A stretch of 63,863 nt of DNA, the filler included, from Octopus bimaculoides (Eukaryota): NCBI RefSeq assembly GCF_001194135.2. It is 8 parts of 8 records of this genome, joined end to end, with 100 filler letters (N's around TTAATTAATTAA, not from the genome) between each part and the next. Parts side by side here need not be neighbours in the genome. Positions count along the whole stretch, not along the records: positions 62,801 to 63,863 come from NC_068998.1; 7 more parts are not named here. One strand, written 5' to 3'. Positions 62,701 to 63,863 of this stretch are shown here, in pieces. Position numbers and translations under genes: made by a program. The first letter of the stretch is position 1. Every line of letters begins with the position of its first letter. A model generated the notes under the pieces. It was not told the origin of the DNA. It saw nothing but the letters and a program-made list of their open reading frames with translations, and did no database searches.

Positions 62701-63452
62701 NNNNNNNNNNNNNNNNNNNNNNNNNNNNNNNNNNNNNNNNNNNNTTAATTAATTAANNNNNNNNNNNNNNNNNNNNNNNNNNNNNNNNNNNNNNNNNNNN
62801 ATATATATGGACACAGTTTGAATGTATATGTATAGCTCGCCATCTTTATATATAAACATAAAGAGCAAACTTTAGCCCTGCGTTTTCCATATTTTTCTGG
62901 CACTAGTATTTAATCATTTTGCTCCACTACAGCCGTCCCCGAAACCACCTCTACATTCTTCTAACATTTTAGAAAGAATGGTCTAAAAGGAATGGTGGGA
63001 CGTGGGAGAACATAATTCCCTTTCAGATTTTTCGAACACTTCCTTATCTCACGTTCGATCTCAACCTTCATCATTTTAAATATCATTGCCTCATTAACAG
63101 GGCAGAATTGCTATTCTGCCTCTAATCTACAAAAATTGAAAGGACACATTCTCTGACGCAGTCCAAGATAACCTTCGCCGAAATACAAGGCAGAGGCACT
63201 TACGCACAGAAAGAATGTCTTTGACGACAATTCTACTCAATCAGAGCCAACCTATGGCTAAACAACAAAGAGCGCTCTTCTGTCTCGAAGATAAATTTTC
63301 ACTATAGCCTTGTTACAAAATTTAAATAATGTCTCGTCTTTTCTTTTTTTTNNNNNNNNNNATATATATATATACATGTTAATAATGATAAGAAGAGTGA
63401 ATTTTTTCACATCCATAATTTTATTTAAGTTATTTACAGCATCTTATTTTCC

Positions 63453-63538
63453 GGACCTACACGTGTTTCAGTTGTAGCGACTGCACGTTGTTAAATGTGC
63501 AGCCTAATATCATGGTTGGTGCAGTTTCGTCAGGGTCC
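63453..63538 (-). ncRNA. Candidate type I hammerhead ribozyme (variant or degenerate stem II)
   Basis: (-) strand: GGACC-CUGACGA-A-ACUGCAC...GUGCAGU-CGCUACAACU-GAAAC-ACGU-GUA-GGUCC. P1 GGACC/GGUCC, exact CUGANGA and GAAA core, palindromic P3 loop, GUA cleavage triplet. Confidence 0.55.
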
Positions 63539-63551
63539 TTCACCCCTCAAC

Positions 63552-63600
63552 CAGAGGTCGGCGAACCGGGGTAAATTACCCCAGGTGGGGTAAAAATGAA
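63552..63600 (+). mobile_element. hAT-like left terminus (orphan)
   Basis: CAGAGGTCGGCGAACCGGGGTAAATTACCCCAGGTGGGGTAA resembles Charlie-type termini; no matching right TIR seen. Confidence 0.4.
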
Positions 63601-63790
63601 ACCCTCAGTACGACTCTATGGGAACATTTATCTAACGCATGCACTAATATACCTGATTAAGCAATCAATTTATGAATCATTAATTAATTAACTGATTAAT
63701 TAGCACTAATTAAACACTCTGCAAATGCACGGATTGTAAAAGAATTTATTGTTGTACATTTATAGCTGAGTGAATAATAATTATGATAAC

Positions 63791-63844
<54 letters not shown>

Positions 63845-63863
63845 CGAATACGGAGTGAAGACG

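Overview
AT-rich eukaryotic genomic DNA from a fragmented draft assembly, with about 22 N-gaps that are almost all flanked by microsatellites. The SINE/MITE repertoire and microsatellite load suggest an octopus (cephalopod) genome; this is inference, not a database result. I found no convincing host protein-coding exon, rRNA, true tRNA or CRISPR array. The window is essentially a transposon graveyard. It holds several tRNA-derived SINE families; piggyBac-, hAT-, Tigger- and TA-flanked MITEs (several nested); an internally rearranged hAT element; decayed mariner/Tc1 transposases; a CR1/L2-type RT fragment; three decayed Penelope-like (GIY-YIG) fragments; and five R4/Dong-type RLE retrotransposon pieces beside (TAA)n arrays, one nearly full length (about 42.7-46.6 kb). 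The most interesting signals are: (i) hammerhead-ribozyme-like motifs, best at 63453-63538 (-), plus degenerate relatives in short ORF-less repeats (a possible retrozyme/Penelope-terminus system); (ii) microsatellite-targeted retroelement pile-ups; (iii) an apparent CpG-depletion boundary near 21-22 kb, which may mark the edge of a methylated gene body. All alignments were made by eye, and repeat boundaries are approximate unless a TSD is quoted.
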